This document shows, one piece after another, positions 38,580 through 51,792 of a DNA stretch of 64,000 nt (positions are counted from its first letter, which is position 1; the number at the start of each line of letters is the position of its first letter). This stretch comes from Sphaerodactylus townsendi (taxonomy: Eukaryota), in assembly GCF_021028975.2 (NCBI RefSeq), contig NC_059427.1, positions 81,530,001 through 81,594,000 on the forward strand. The letters run 5' to 3'. The translations under genes and the position numbers were made by a program. Under the pieces are notes generated by a model. It worked only from the letters and a program-made list of their open reading frames with translations, searched no databases and was not told the DNA's origin.

Positions 38580-39212
38580 TAAAAGACAGAAGTCTGGGCC
38601 ACAGTGGAGCTGCACTGGTATCCCAACTGGACCCTGGCATTGGAGGGGGAGGGGTGTGGTGTTTCTGGGGGTAGTGCCAAAGTTAGTCAGCTTCTACCCC
38701 AGGTTTGCACCACAGCCCAGATCCTGGACTTACACCACCTTTTTGGATGGGTGTAAATCCATCAAACCCTATGAAGGCAGCAAGGTTTGTTTGTTTTGCT
38801 TTTTCTTCCTCCTTGTGCTGCCGGAAAGTCCTCTGGAGCAACAGGGCAGTGCTGCAGCAGGGCCATCCCCGTCAACCTGAGGCTCTGGATTGGGCTGCCC
38901 ATCATGCTAACATAGACTATTTTGCCCAATGACAGTCTCTCACAAAAGTCAATGTGATTCATAATACATTATGCTGAAGTACTGGAAGCACATCATTTAC
39001 CCTGTCATACATTCCCAGATCTATCAGAAGTGGAAGGGTTCTAACAAGATATTTCATCTTATAAACATCTTGGTTCCCCCAGAGCATACCCTGATATGAA
39101 ACATGTCTGGAGTAATTCACAACCTACTTCCTTTCCCATGTTATCTACAGTTACTATGTAAAGAGAGGTTATGCTAAAAAAAAAAGAAGAAGCAAGGAGC
39201 AGATTGCACTGA

Positions 39213-39470
<258 letters not shown>

Positions 39471-41629
39471 TGAGTCATTTCTATGCCACAGCAGCAAATC
39501 CTGTCATCCAACAAGGAGCCATCTTTTGTCATCCCAGTGGAAATGAAGTATTTAGTTCTACAGTGTAAACAAGCCTATGACCCATTCTTATTTGTGCACA
39601 GCATGTCCTCAAAAATTTCAGATCAACACAAACAATGCAAAACTGTTGATTGTTGACCAGCATCACTTTCTCCCCTGGCAGCCATGAGACCCCGAACATA
39701 GCAATGTTGTGGAGAAGATATAATTCCTGCTGGGCAGAGGTGTGGTGAGGGAGGGCGAGCGGGGACAAGCCGTGGGCTCCACTCCTGGAAGTAATGTGAG
39801 GGGTGCATTCGGCCAATCCCCCCCCCCCCCCGAACTCAGAGTTGGGGCCACCGCCACTAGACTGGGCAACCTGTTTGCAAAGTTCAAAGCACGGCGAGGG
39901 CATGGTACAGCGCAGCCGGGAGCCTCCACAGTGGCCCAGTCTCCCAGCCCTTACCTCTCCTCTCTTGGTCACCTGTTTGCACCTGGCAGGAGAGAGAGCC
40001 CTGTGGGCATGCCTGCAGCAAGGCCATAGCAAGACCAGGAGCACCCACAGCAGCAATCCTGCCCCCCCACCCTCCTTATGCACCTCAGCTGCTGCCATCA
40101 GAGCCAGGAAAGTGAGCTGGTCCTAGTCTGAGGGAGCAGCCAGTAAAAGGGCAAGGAGGGCTTCTGGCAGGGCATTTATCCTGCTCTTAGAGAGAGCTAA
40201 GAGACACAAATGATCTCACTCTCTCCTTGACCCAATAATCTTTGTAGAGGTTGGGTTTAAGTTCTCCCATTATAGTTCCCTCCCCAAGGATGGGACTTTC
40301 TGTTTGCAGGGAGGCAAGTACATTTGCTTCTGTGACTTTGGGACGAAGCCTTGTCATGGAATGAATACTGTCAATACGGGAGGCATAATATCCGGTTTGC
40401 GAGTGCATCCTTGCCTCCTTCTCCTTAATTCCACACACAGCAATTGGTTGCACCCTTCTGCTTTTTCTGAAATCTAGTGAAACAGGTTCTAGTTGTGCTA
40501 CTATACACTATGCTTGGTGATTGTGACCAAAGTTTTTTCTGGGTGCTGGCACAGATTATTATCTGCATGTTGCTTCAGCAGCATGCATGAATATTTATTA
40601 AATCCGTAGTAAAAGAGGTCAAAGTTCTAAAGTCATATTTGTTAAGAAAGTTTTGGAGTTGCTGAAGTACCTTCTCTACTTTAATATGTGCTGCACTAGT
40701 TAAACTTGGAGGTTATGTGTTTTTCTGTTCTGCTGAGTTGGAGATGGTTCAGAGGTTTTATTGTTTCTTGGTTGTGGTTGTTGTTTTAGAATTGCATCTT
40801 CTTTTCACTTTTTGTGCTTTTAGTTTCTATTTCTAAACCCAGGACTAGTGATTCTAAACAGCTCAGTTGCTGTTCTTCGCCTTATTAATATCAGGAAGGC
40901 TGGAAGAGATGCTTGTTCTCACAAGCCTCTCTAAGTCAGTCTCGTATCTCCTTCCTTAGGACATTTGTGACCAAGGTAGAGCATCTGTTTTTTATTGAGT
41001 AGGCCCACCATCTCTTTTTTAATCTTCCAGCACCTCACAATGTGGCCCTCAAAAATAAAAGTTGTTATATGTGTTAAAAGGTGGCTGAAAGTAAAAAACA
41101 TCAAAAGTTTATTTTGCCCTGAATGCTCAGGTACTGTGAAGAGTGCTTGTGCCAAGTTTTAAAAGATGTTTTGGCCTGTCATGTGTTGGCCCGCAATACA
41201 ACAGTTAGATTTGAGTATGATAGCAACTTAGACAAGATTTCCAGAGATATGAGTATAGCTCAAAAACTACAATTTATCAGCAAAACTTTCCACATTGTAA
41301 TATTTCCAGTAGCCTGATGATGAACTTGGCACTCTTAACTGAAACATAATGGAATTTAAAATGATTTCCATAAGGATGCCAGGGATTTAACGTAGGGACC
41401 TTCTGCATGCCCACAGTGTCTGTCTGTCTGCTGTCTGACTGACCTCCCTCCCAGCTAGGGTGGCTTGGTGCTCTCCAGACTCCACTGCCCCACTATAGAG
41501 GCCATGCTAGGGCAGCAGAGTCTGGGTGGGTGGGTGCTATTTCAGTGCTTGCCCTAAGCATCGTTTTCTGTAGCTATGCTCCTGCCACTGGAAGGAGGAT
41601 CAAAAGCAAGAAACAAACTGGGACTTATA

Positions 41630-41872
41630 GGCCCTTTCCCCACTTCAAAAGTGAAAGTGGAGGGGACCCCTGCTCCGTGTTTGGCGCGCGGTTTCAAAAA
41701 GGTGTACCGACCAGGATCCGAAATGACGTGTGCTGAGGGGTGGGAGGAGCGGCAGAATCGGGGTGACTGCGTTGTCACTGCGTTGTCACTGCTGGTGTAG
41801 TGGGGAGTGCTGCAGGACTCCGGGGTATTTGCCGTGAGGAGTGCGCATCTAATGGTGGGTGGGGAATCGACC
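41630..41872. mobile_element. Harbinger/PIF-like MITE with 3-bp TSD (ATA) in the last intron
   Basis: GGCCCTTTCCCCAC...GTGGGGAATCGACC, flanked by ata on both sides. CpG-rich. Confidence 0.75.
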
Positions 41873-42092
41873 ATAGACAAAGCAGGATTTGTTACTTACA
41901 TCTGTAGACTCATCAACACTGGCCAAAAAGTTATAGTTGAAAGAAACCAAAGCTTAAGACAAGGTCTGAATCAGGTCATTAGGTGATAATCATCAGCCCT
42001 TTCACAAGTAGAATACAAGATGGCTAAGGAGAACCAGCTACAAAGAGCACCATTTTAGTACAGTACACGCCATTTTTCTTTATGTTTTTCAG

Positions 42093-42096
42093 CTGA
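42093..42096 (+). CDS. CAMK2A: Coding part of the terminal exon (C + TGA: completes the His codon, then stop)
   Basis: catttttctttatgtttttcag|CTGA. CA+C gives His and the known ...SVLPH* C-terminus. Confidence 0.85.
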
Positions 42097-45000
42097 AGCA
42101 TTCGGTGCTCAGGCCAAGTTTCATACTGCCTCACTATCAAGGGAAGACCCCTGCTATCCTTCGTCTAAGGAACTTGGCTGCTGTCTCTACTGCTTGATTC
42201 TTGCTGGGATTCCTTTCACACAGAGCTCCTCACAAGTAATCCAATGAGAATTTCATGGACTTTTCTCTTTCTGTTTCACATGCTCCGTGTTTGCTGCTTT
42301 GTGCCAGCCTAGTACAATAGGGCATCTGCCTGGCCCACATCTGCATGAAAAAGCTTTCTGTGTAAAAGAAGAAACCAAGAGAAATAGCCTGAGTGTACAG
42401 CCTTCCATCACCATCACTGACCTTAGACCTCATGGGTCCACATTCATTAAATATTGTCACAATTAACTGTGATTCTCACAGGGGCAGATTTGACGTGTAT
42501 TTCAACCACACCATTTCCAGTAAATCTTTCAGGAAGTGACAGAAATGGGAGCGTGCACGGAAGGTGCAAGCTACCCCCTGCCAGAGTAGGTTTGCCAGTC
42601 TCCTGCTTTCACTGGTAGATGTATACTTAGTGCAGATGTTCTTGCTCTAATGTGCTCTTGGTCAGCACTTTGTCACTCTAGCACTATTGCATCTTTGCAT
42701 CATGAAGCTAAAAATCTGATAACTATCAGCCCAAACCCTGATAAACTTCCTGGGACGAATATGATTTTATTCAGAGTGGTGAGTAAAAACGTTCTTAATT
42801 TCTCTTCCTAGAGAAGTAAAGTTTTTGTATGTGTGACTTTTAGTGGTTTGGGATCCCTATTTAGTGAAAGGAAACCAGTAACATTTCATTGGCATACTAA
42901 TGTGTTAAGAGCAACTAAGTGAAATGGTAGTTGAAAGATCCAGTATAGCAGTGGGGTATCGTCCCATGATTTTTAAACAGGTGGCAGCTCTTTTATAGCA
43001 TGATGAGGTATTTCTGCCACAGTGCAGGGTAACAGAGGAACTTTCTTGGTAACAGCCTCCCAAATTCAAAGTGGTTTCACCTTGTGTTAAATTCAGCTTT
43101 CTTCCTTTGAATGGGCCTTCTGTCCCCTTATCTATGACATTTTACCCACATGCTTTTTTTCTGCCCTTCCAAGACTCCATAGGTTCATCATTAAGCAAAA
43201 GAAAAACAAGTTTACACTTAAACTCTTTCCCCTGCATAAGTAGATTCAGGAAATTTAACAGCATTGAAGATGCTGGCACTATGGAAACAGAACTGGAGGC
43301 CAACACTTTCCAGCAAAGACCGAGAATGCAAACTTTGCTAATGACACTTTGAAGTGTTTTGATTATGCTTTTAAACAAACAAAATGAAACGTTTCGCTAT
43401 CTCTTGTACTTTGAGTGCATGCTTTTTTATAGGAAAAACAAAAACCCTTCTGTGTAATTTCGTAAATGGATTTTGAGTATTTGCTGAAATGGATCTTTAT
43501 GTAATATCTAAAAATATCAACTGTTTGGGGGGTTGTGGCTGATTTTTAATGAAGTTGGGGTGGGGCTTAATATGTTATTGTTTACATATGGAGTTGACTT
43601 TGTGATGAATTGTTATTGAAAGTGCAAGAGTGTATGAGAAGGTAGAGGTGGAGGAAAGATTTCTGATGTGTGTTTTTGGCAAACCTCATAGGAGAGCGCT
43701 ATACCATAACAGGACTGCTTGTTATACAGTTTCTGTGTTCCATGGAAGGTATGATCATCAAAACTGGACATTCTAACAGAATTCAAGGGAGAGTGAGGAT
43801 GTTCCTCAGCTGGGATCAAGGGACAGTGTCTGCTTTAAAGGAACATCAGTGTCAGCTCAAAGGAACACAAAAATGGATCCTTCTCAAGCTTGTGCATTTT
43901 TATAGATGATAATCTGGTAGCTGCTTTGTCTCTGATGTCACTGTTGTGTCATTTTGATGACATATATGGAGGGCTGAAAGATTTCTATTTTTGGCATCAC
44001 CTTCTTGCCTTCCAGTAGGGGTATTAGGAGTGTGATGGCTATTGTTGTTGGCAGTCTTTCTGTTTCTCATTCCCTTTTATTTTTACCAATTTTAGCAGTC
44101 TTTTTGATGTGAGATTAACTACAGTGCACTTCAACTTGGACTACAAGAGGAATTTATAAATGGCACTTTGTTCATTTGCATGATACTTAACTTTATAAAC
44201 TATATGTACTTCAAAGCAAACAGAATACTTGCTTGAGGACAATAATAACAAAAAAAGGGGTATACTCTGTATAAATTCTGGATAGTGTAATTTTGCCTTT
44301 CCTGTGGTTTGAACTGCTTAGCTTTCCATCTTAAAAGGGTGGACATATGCCAGTATAGAACCATGTTTGCATAGTGCAGATGTTTGCAAATTTCCCACTG
44401 GAGCTGAGGGGAAGAAACTGCAATACTTAATGGGATTCAGCAGACCCAAACATGAGTTTACTGTTTACTTGGGATGAAGTATAAATATGCCAGTTACAAG
44501 TCTGTAATCCCCAAAAGTGGATATAAAAAGAGTAACACGTCTGGATCACTGGAGCTATGTTAATGCTCAGTGAATTTAAAGAGAATTACATTGGCAGGCC
44601 AACATGTCACATGCTCTATGCTCTTTTTTTTAAGAAAGACTTTATCAGAGGAGACTTTTCAGAACATGGATGAAGACTTGTTGAGGTTGTCTTTCTCCAA
44701 TTATTTGTGTCTCAGTCTAGATGTCTGATTTCGTTGTCCTCTCCTACCACCAACATTCTAAATGATCACACCACCGCATCTCACCATTTCTGGTCATGGT
44801 ATTCATGTCTGAAGTGGCCCTTCTATTCTCTTGTCCTAATCCCCATTCTAATCATCACCCAGGTAGGTTCACTAACCTGGCCCAAAGTCTTCTGGATTTG
44901 AAGGGGGAAGGTAATGTGTATGAGTCTGCTTTTGAATCGAGCATTGCTGAAAGTTAATGTCCACTAAATTTCATGCCCTTTGACTTTTGTGCCCATATGC

Positions 45001-45412
45001 CTGGTAAATCTCTGCATAGGCGATCAATCTGAAATGTGGGTCACTGCTGCTCAACCCGGATAAACCATGCAGTCTCATTTAGTAGCAGGTGTGGTGTTAA
45101 TATTTTGCTTCCGGAATGTTGAAGTCTTTGGGGAAGAGGGGCCTCTTCCTACATTCTGCCCCTTTTCAAGCATTAGAATTTTCTAAGCCTTTTGAGCCAC
45201 AGTATTCAGGCACTGTGCATTTGAGTAATATTCCCTAACTTCCATGATCATTTGTGATTACATAATAAGGCACAAAATGTCAAAGAAAAACAGGGTCCTA
45301 CCAGAGCCTGAAGTTTCCATTCTTTTAAGTCTTCCAGAAAAGAGAGAAACCCTTCCTGGTCTGGCCACTACATCTGGTTGAGCATCTGCGCTTTAAAGAG
45401 GGCCCTGCTACC

Positions 45413-45703
45413 GCAAGAGCCTTCTGATGGTGAGCTGCAATACTGCAGTCGAAACTCTGCTCATGACCTGAGCTCGATCCCAATAGAAGTCGATGTCAGG
45501 GAGCCAGCTCACAATTGACTCAGCCTTCCATCCTTCCATGGTTGGTAAAATGAGTACCCAGCCTGCTGAGGTAAAGTGTAGATGACTGGGGAAGGCAGTG
45601 GCAAACCACTCATAAACAAAGTCTGCCAAGTGAACTCTGTAATGTGAAGTCACCCCGTGGATCAGTAATGACCAGGTGCTTGCACAGGGGACTACCTTTA
45701 CCT
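45413..45703 (+). mobile_element. Sauria SINE within the predicted 3'UTR
   Basis: Diagnostic ttgactcagccttccatccttcc...gtaaaatgagtaccca body and a ggactacctttacc tail. Confidence 0.8.
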
Positions 45704-46416
45704 GCTTCCTGCTATCACAGATTTCTCTTTGCAGCTCCCTCCTCATGCATTCATCATCTTGCTTATCACTGGCATCACGAACACCGGTTTTGACCTTGTA
45801 TGCTTTACACCCTGATTTTCACCCATCCTCCATCCTTGCTTTTCTTTTTGAACTCTTTGTCCTTCCTATACCCTTCGTTTCTCCATTCAGCTGCATAATG
45901 TTCATGGACTGGTGACTCCTTCCCTGGCTTCCAAACGATGACTTTGCCATCAGCCAGGCCCACTGGGCGATGGCTCACTAACCAATCCAACCATTTACCC
46001 TACCTTCTGCTGCAGTCTGTAAGCACAGCCAAGGGTATAATCCTTCCAAGCATGAATCTTGTTTCCCTAAGTTAGAGGACAACGTGGTGGGTCCTTACGT
46101 GGGCAAGCTGCATATTACAAGCAAATACATATTACACAGCCCTAACACTTTTTTTCAAGTAAAACCATTTTCAGGAAGTTGCAGGTTAATGTTCAGAATT
46201 TCTTGAACTCATTTTGTTACCATGGGATTCATGCCTATTCACAGCAAGCCCTCTTTAAACCCTGCAGAAGGGAAGACCGAAGGGAACTGAGCAGAAAGGG
46301 GGCTTATCCCACAATTCCTTCACTCAAAATCATAGTACCCTTGGAGTTTCCAGTTCAAAATGTAATCAGGTTCTGCAGAAGAAGCCCTGATGTTTGTGGG
46401 TTCACAAGGTCATATC

Positions 46417-46677
46417 ATCCCTTTCCCCACTCACCTCTCTCCGAGGGTTGCTGCGAGCAATTCCCAGTGCGCGCAGTTCCTAGCGCGCGCCCTGGCTTCC
46501 CCACGACGTCAAATGGCGCCATTTCAAAAGGCGCCAGGAATTGCGCACGCCCAGGGGGAGCGAGAGAGGCAGCATCGGGGCGGCTGCGTTCTCGCCGTCC
46601 CTGAAGTGGGAGTGCAGCTGTACCCCGCGCTACTTGAGGAGAGTAGCACGGGGCTTAAGGTAAGTGGGGAAAGGGCC
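46417..46677. mobile_element. CpG-rich Harbinger-like palindromic MITE within the predicted 3'UTR
   Basis: TIR ccctttccccactcacct / aggtaagtggggaaaggg, with internal inverted arms and the 14-bp palindrome AAATGGCGCCATTT (46511-46524). Confidence 0.75.
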
Positions 46678-48993
46678 TAAGAGCTTCAGAATATGTTTCT
46701 GTTGCATTGAACCGGTGATGCTATATATTCTTGAATCAGAAGCAGAAAAAGTTATGGCCTCAAAACTCTTCCCAGTGAATGAGAATTTAGTTTATGATCT
46801 CTGTAGAGATGATATGCATAATGCCTTACCTTCCACTAGCCCCTTTCCCCCTCCCCCAACACACACATAAACATACTCATGGCAGCTGCTAGCTTCAGTC
46901 AACTACCCATCATTTGGATCATTCACCAGAAGCAAAGCTGCCATTTTGTTTCCTGCTGCAAGTTTGCTGAACTGGGCTGAGTGGTTGTAAAAGACAGTTG
47001 CAGCTTCTACTTGTGATAAATGATTCAGATATCCTGGTCACAAGGCACTGCCATAAATGGGTATGTGTGACCATGTGTGGTCTACATTCAGTACAAATTT
47101 CAGTGTGATGATTCTGCATTAGTTGTATATGAGCACAACTGCTGAAGTAATCTAGGAGGGATGCTGCATTAAAATGTGCTTTAGCCATTAATCTCCAGGA
47201 CTGTAATATCAGCCAAGTCAAATGTATGGGGACAATGTGCCTTTGGAAGCCTCGTCAGATGACCCAAGAAGAAGTTCCATTTAAAGATTCTACATATGCC
47301 CAAACTAGCTACCTTTTGCATGGTTTATACTAGGAAATACTCCAAATGGCTTACACAGATCACACTTTATCTTACAATCTGTTCCACCTACCTTTCTCTT
47401 TGTTGTTGTTTGTTAGTAGGGATTCTTTTTCTCTGTGTGCACAGTGATTCGAACATTTCCTATCACAACGTCCTTGCTTAAGTTTTCCCAGAGAACTCAC
47501 AGTGTCCTTCATCCTCAACAGCATCCTGCCCCTCCTGATTATCATCGCTTTTTTGTTTTTTAAAAATCCTGGTTTTGTGCATTTGCACTGCAGAAACTTG
47601 ACTAATTTCAAATGCTAATTTTTGAAGGGAATGAGTGACTGCTTCAGATCCAGCACAGCCTTAGCTTGTTCAAAATCCCACAGAATAATCTTAAGCCCTC
47701 CCCCCAACCCTTTACACACTGTGTCAGTGTTGTTAGTGCATGTAGCAAGCGCACAGCTATATTTGTACATATTTAACTTTAAAAAACCTAATCACCTTGA
47801 GCAGTGAACTTATTTCTGTATGGTACTTCTGTGATGAGCAATAAAAGAACAATGTGAGACAAGAAAAGGACAAGCAAGGACAACCTGCTCGAAACCAAAT
47901 GTAGCAGTGAACAATAAAGGATTTTTGTTCTGGATTCCAGATAGAACCCAACTTGTTCCTCATAGCAATCTAGAACCATTAACCCCTGCTTGATCTGTGC
48001 ACATTGTCTTTACAAACTGCACTAGATAATCCCTATCTCCAGAGATTTGCAGAATGAATCTGGGAATAACCCTCATCAGGAATAGTTTATGTTAAGTGAG
48101 TGAGGAAAAAATAAAAGAGCTTGGACTACCTCTTCTAAGCATGTGATTCTAAAATTGATTTAACCATCATAGCAAAAGAAGCCTTTTTTCCCCTATAACA
48201 GATTAACAGATTAATTTTAGTTACTTGGAAACAGGTTCCCAGAAATCAGTTCCTAACTGTAGAGGAAGGCAGGAGCCACAAGGGTTCCGAAGTGAGACAA
48301 TCTTCCTCAGTTTTCTCTACTTACACACATCAGCTGCCACTGTACTGGAGGAACAAAATGATTATTTGAAGGCATTTCCAGAAAGTTGGAGCCTCAAGTA
48401 AATAATAAAAATAAATAATTGGTAAAATGATCAGGCTGGTCCAGTCACCCCACATGTTATCCCCTTTCTTAAGACGGGTTTACTTCCTTCTCCTCAGTTC
48501 TTGCATAGCTGCAAACTGGCCACCTTTTTTGTCTTTTTTCCCCGGTAAGGTGAAATCTGTGTGAGAAGGCCGAGTTTGGGATTGATATTTTTTCTAACTG
48601 TTGCACAATTTTAGGACTTTTGTAATATTTTTGGAGACAAGTAGGAAAAAGTGAAGTGTTTTAAAATGAATCTATAAATGTATATATAAATATATATAAA
48701 TATATATATGTATAAATGAAATCTCTATGGAAATATTTATTTCACATGAATGCAAAAAAGGGGAAAAATGAAAACAGAAAAAAAGCAGCTTTGTAATGTA
48801 AACAGAACTCCAGAGACTGTTCCTCTCGTGTTTGTTAACTTGACGTGGCTGGAATATTCCAAAATCCTTCAGTATCTTTTGTAAGTGACTTAGATTTGTA
48901 AAGCGGCGTGACCGTGTTGGATTCTTTGTTCCAGTTTTTTGAAGCTGTGGCTGTGAACAAAATGATCACTGCTGAACCTTTATGCTATATTTT

Positions 48994-49021
48994 GGGGAGG
49001 GGTGGGGTGGGAGAGTGGGGG
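48994..49021 (+). promoter_or_regulatory. RNA G-quadruplex motif GGGG-A-GGGG-T-GGGG-T-GGG-AGAGT-GGGGG in the distal 3'UTR
   Basis: Five G-runs on the sense strand, the first four joined by 1-nt loops. Confidence 0.7.
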
Positions 49022-49053
49022 ATTGTCAGTTTTATTCTTGGTGTTTCAAGTGC

Positions 49054-49059
49054 AATAAA
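49054..49059 (+). terminator. CAMK2A: Distal polyadenylation signal AATAAA
   Basis: AATAAA preceded by the CPE-like TTTTATT (49030-49036), with a U-rich stretch downstream (~49118-49130). Confidence 0.75.
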
Positions 49060-50489
49060 ATAACTACAAATTCCTGGATATGGAAAACACTGGTTCTCAC
49101 TAAATGGTTCCTATTGCTATTATTTCTTTCTGGGGCTTCTTGAGTATGTCATATATGGCATATAAGCAGACTCTGGGGCACCAAGTTGGGTGAAGGGTTT
49201 CTTCTGTTGGCAACAGGCTGACATGTTCTGAGAAAAATCTGTAATCGCATCTTGCAGAGTATTTTCAATATTACAATGCAGCTGTAATATTGTAGGGGTG
49301 GTGGTGGTAGATCAGGGCTATAGTGAAAAGAATTGAGGATAAACCTTTTTTCACTTGCTATTTTCTCAGCAGAAGTTTCTCCCACCCATCCACCCCCCAA
49401 ACTGCCACAATAGGGGGGGGAAAGACAGATGCAACTACAATAATATAATTTTGCGTGAAGGAACTTGAGAAAAAGATCAGTGACGATATCTGAGATGGCT
49501 TTGATAACTTCAGCTGCTGAGGGCCAATTCACATATTCTCTGTGTGTCCATGCCTGTTCTCTTTGCATAAGGAATTTGCTCAGGGGAGTCTTCTGCACAG
49601 TTTCTACCTGAGAAAGTAAAGCAGTTCTTCTCCAAAACGCTACATGCTGCTGTCAAGTGCTTGCCAGATCAATAAGTGGCATACAGAGGCGAATCTGTCA
49701 CAGCCTCGAGGATGATCCCTGGAATATGATCAGATCTACAGTTGCTCCGTGCTTTGGAAAGGGCCCTGAACCCATCAGCAAATTCTAGAGACCACTGTAT
49801 CAGTGACAGGCCGCCTCAGCCGGGCTGTATGTGGCTGCCTAGCAACCCCTAAATGGCAGCAGAGGTCTTACTAAGTAATCTTGGAAGATCTTGACTGGAA
49901 TTTTGGATTGTCCAGGGAACTAAAATAAGTAAAAAATAGTCGGGAAAGAAGGAGAAGTGGCAGGGGCTGGAAGGAGGAAGAAATACTATCAAGACATTGT
50001 GTTCTTATCTCACAGAATTTTAGCTGATATTTTACTGTTTTCTTACTTGTAATATCTGTGCTTGTGTACATACATACTGGTTCCTCATTTGAGGGGCTAT
50101 TTGACATACCTTTTAAAAGATGTTTCTGCATGCCTAACTGTTCACAGAGATTTGTAGGAACACCTGTTTTGCCCCTGGAAGGGCGCATTGTGCAACTTTT
50201 TAAAAGTGCACCCTGGGGCCATCATGGGAATTAAGTGATAATTTTATTTATTTGTGTAAAACATGTATTAGCTGCCTTTTTTCTATCAAAATTCAAGGCA
50301 CCTTACAATGCAAATCAAAATAAAAGAACATTATAATACATTTATAAACGTACATTTATAAAAAATAAAAAAATACACTCTAAAAACACCCTGGGGGAAG
50401 ATAACCTTCCCGAGGAGCACTCATGCCATGGCTGGAAGCTCAGAGGGAGGCTGAATGTTGTTCAGTACCTTGGAGGGTCAAAAAACTGT

Positions 50490-50754
50490 AATGGCAACCA
50501 TGGGGCCAACCTGTGGCCTTCAGTGCCTTTTTAAGAGGTAAAACTGCAGCAGAGCAACATGCAATCTTGTTCCCTCCTCCACACCCACCTGCAGTGCTTC
50601 ATCACTTTAAAAGTTGCAGAGGGGAGAAGAATTGCTTGGTGGTGCTGCACTGCAGGCCAGATAAAGCACTGGGCCATCATGGCAGTTTTGAAATGGCTAA
50701 GTTTGCCTTTAAAATGGCATTTGTGGCCACAGGTTGGCCCTGTGACTGCCATTA
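50490..50754. mobile_element. Fold-back MITE-like element with ~55-bp inverted arms
   Basis: aatggcaaccatggggccaacctgtggcc pairs with ggccacaggttggccctgtgactgccatt. Confidence 0.6.
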
Positions 50755-51585
50755 TGGCTAGTTTAGCTTTGGGATAGGCTAGGTCCAGGTTCTTCATATG
50801 TCCTTTTCTCTTGTCTTTTCATTAGATCCTTGCGCTCACATGTACAAGCTTGGTGTGGAGGGGAGTGCACAAGTATATTCATATGCTATTCAACCCATCT
50901 GCTACATCCAGTTGTTAAAAGGGCCACAGTTAAGAGGGGGCGGGGAAAGATTTTTAAGTTGGCAAGCAATTTTATGCTTGATAAATGACTGACTTTAATG
51001 ACTTGATCGTAGCCCAGAAAAATGTCTCTTCTCTGGTAATACATAATACCTAGTTTACTGACTGTACAAAAACAGAGGTTTCAAGCTGTAACATAAACAT
51101 GTTACTTATTGCCAAGGTATCACCTGGCCCTTTAACACGAACAGCCATTGTGCAGGTGCTAAGTGTCGCAGCACGCTGTTTGAGAGGCATTTCAACAAAT
51201 ATCATTAAGGTTATCTAGAGCCTTGCCTTGCTTATAATCAAGTAAGCTTGATCAAATAAATTTGCCTGCCTACTGTGTTCACATTCAATTATTTTTAACA
51301 TAGTTTATCTGCCTCCCACCCCACCCCAGGCTCCAGCTTTTCTTCCTTTTCACCCCCTGGTCTCCTCTCCCCAGGAAAACTATGTCCCAGTTGTGCCAGC
51401 TGTGCCAGGCCCATGCGAACTTCAGTCAACCTGCAGGGACATATGAGGAGCAACTCATTTTATATTCCCTCCTCACACTATTTCCTTTTTTTATTTGTCC
51501 TAGCAACTCAAAACCCTCACCTTTCCCTACTTCCTTCTCATCCTCACATCCACCTATCTACCTCTTATCTACCCCCCTACATTTT

Positions 51586-51792
51586 ATGTATTTACTTCAT
51601 TGATATTTTACCTTTCTGCAGAATGGGGACCTAGTGCAGCTTGCTTCATTCTGCCCTCCATTTTATGCTCACAACAACTCTGCAAGGTAGGTTTAGCTGA
51701 AAATGTGCAACTGGCCAAAGTCACCTAGGGAGTTTCCTTAGTGGACTATGGATTTGTCTCAGCTGAAACTCAAACCATTATACTGCACTGGC
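51586..51792 (-). mobile_element. tRNA-derived SINE, decayed
   Basis: Contains the cacaacaac...aggtagg...ggccaaagtcacc core. Confidence 0.6.

Larger units (their letters stand above)
42097..49075 (+). other. CAMK2A: Predicted long CAMK2A 3'UTR (~7 kb)
   Basis: Runs from the stop codon to an AATAAA in a block (gtcagtttttattcttggtgtt..caataaa...ctacaa) resembling the mammalian Camk2a 3' end as recalled. The cleavage site is estimated. Confidence 0.65.

Noticed and set aside
39090-39110. CTGA...GAAACATGTC hammerhead-like words in an intron
   Set aside because: There is no room for stem II and the CUGANGA core is incomplete.
39529-40126. 189-aa minus-strand ORF and overlapping ORFs in the last intron
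   Set aside because: GC-rich repeat-like sequence open in several frames, with no recognisable domain or splice structure.
46440-46665. CpG-island promoter plus first exon of a new gene (YY1/CRE motifs, perfect donor)
   Set aside because: The donor is part of a terminal inverted repeat shared with other MITEs, and the segment is only ~260 bp. A transposon explains it better.
49846-49862. CTCF-like site cccctaaatggcagc downstream of the gene
   Set aside because: Two mismatches at informative core positions, so it cannot be supported from sequence alone.
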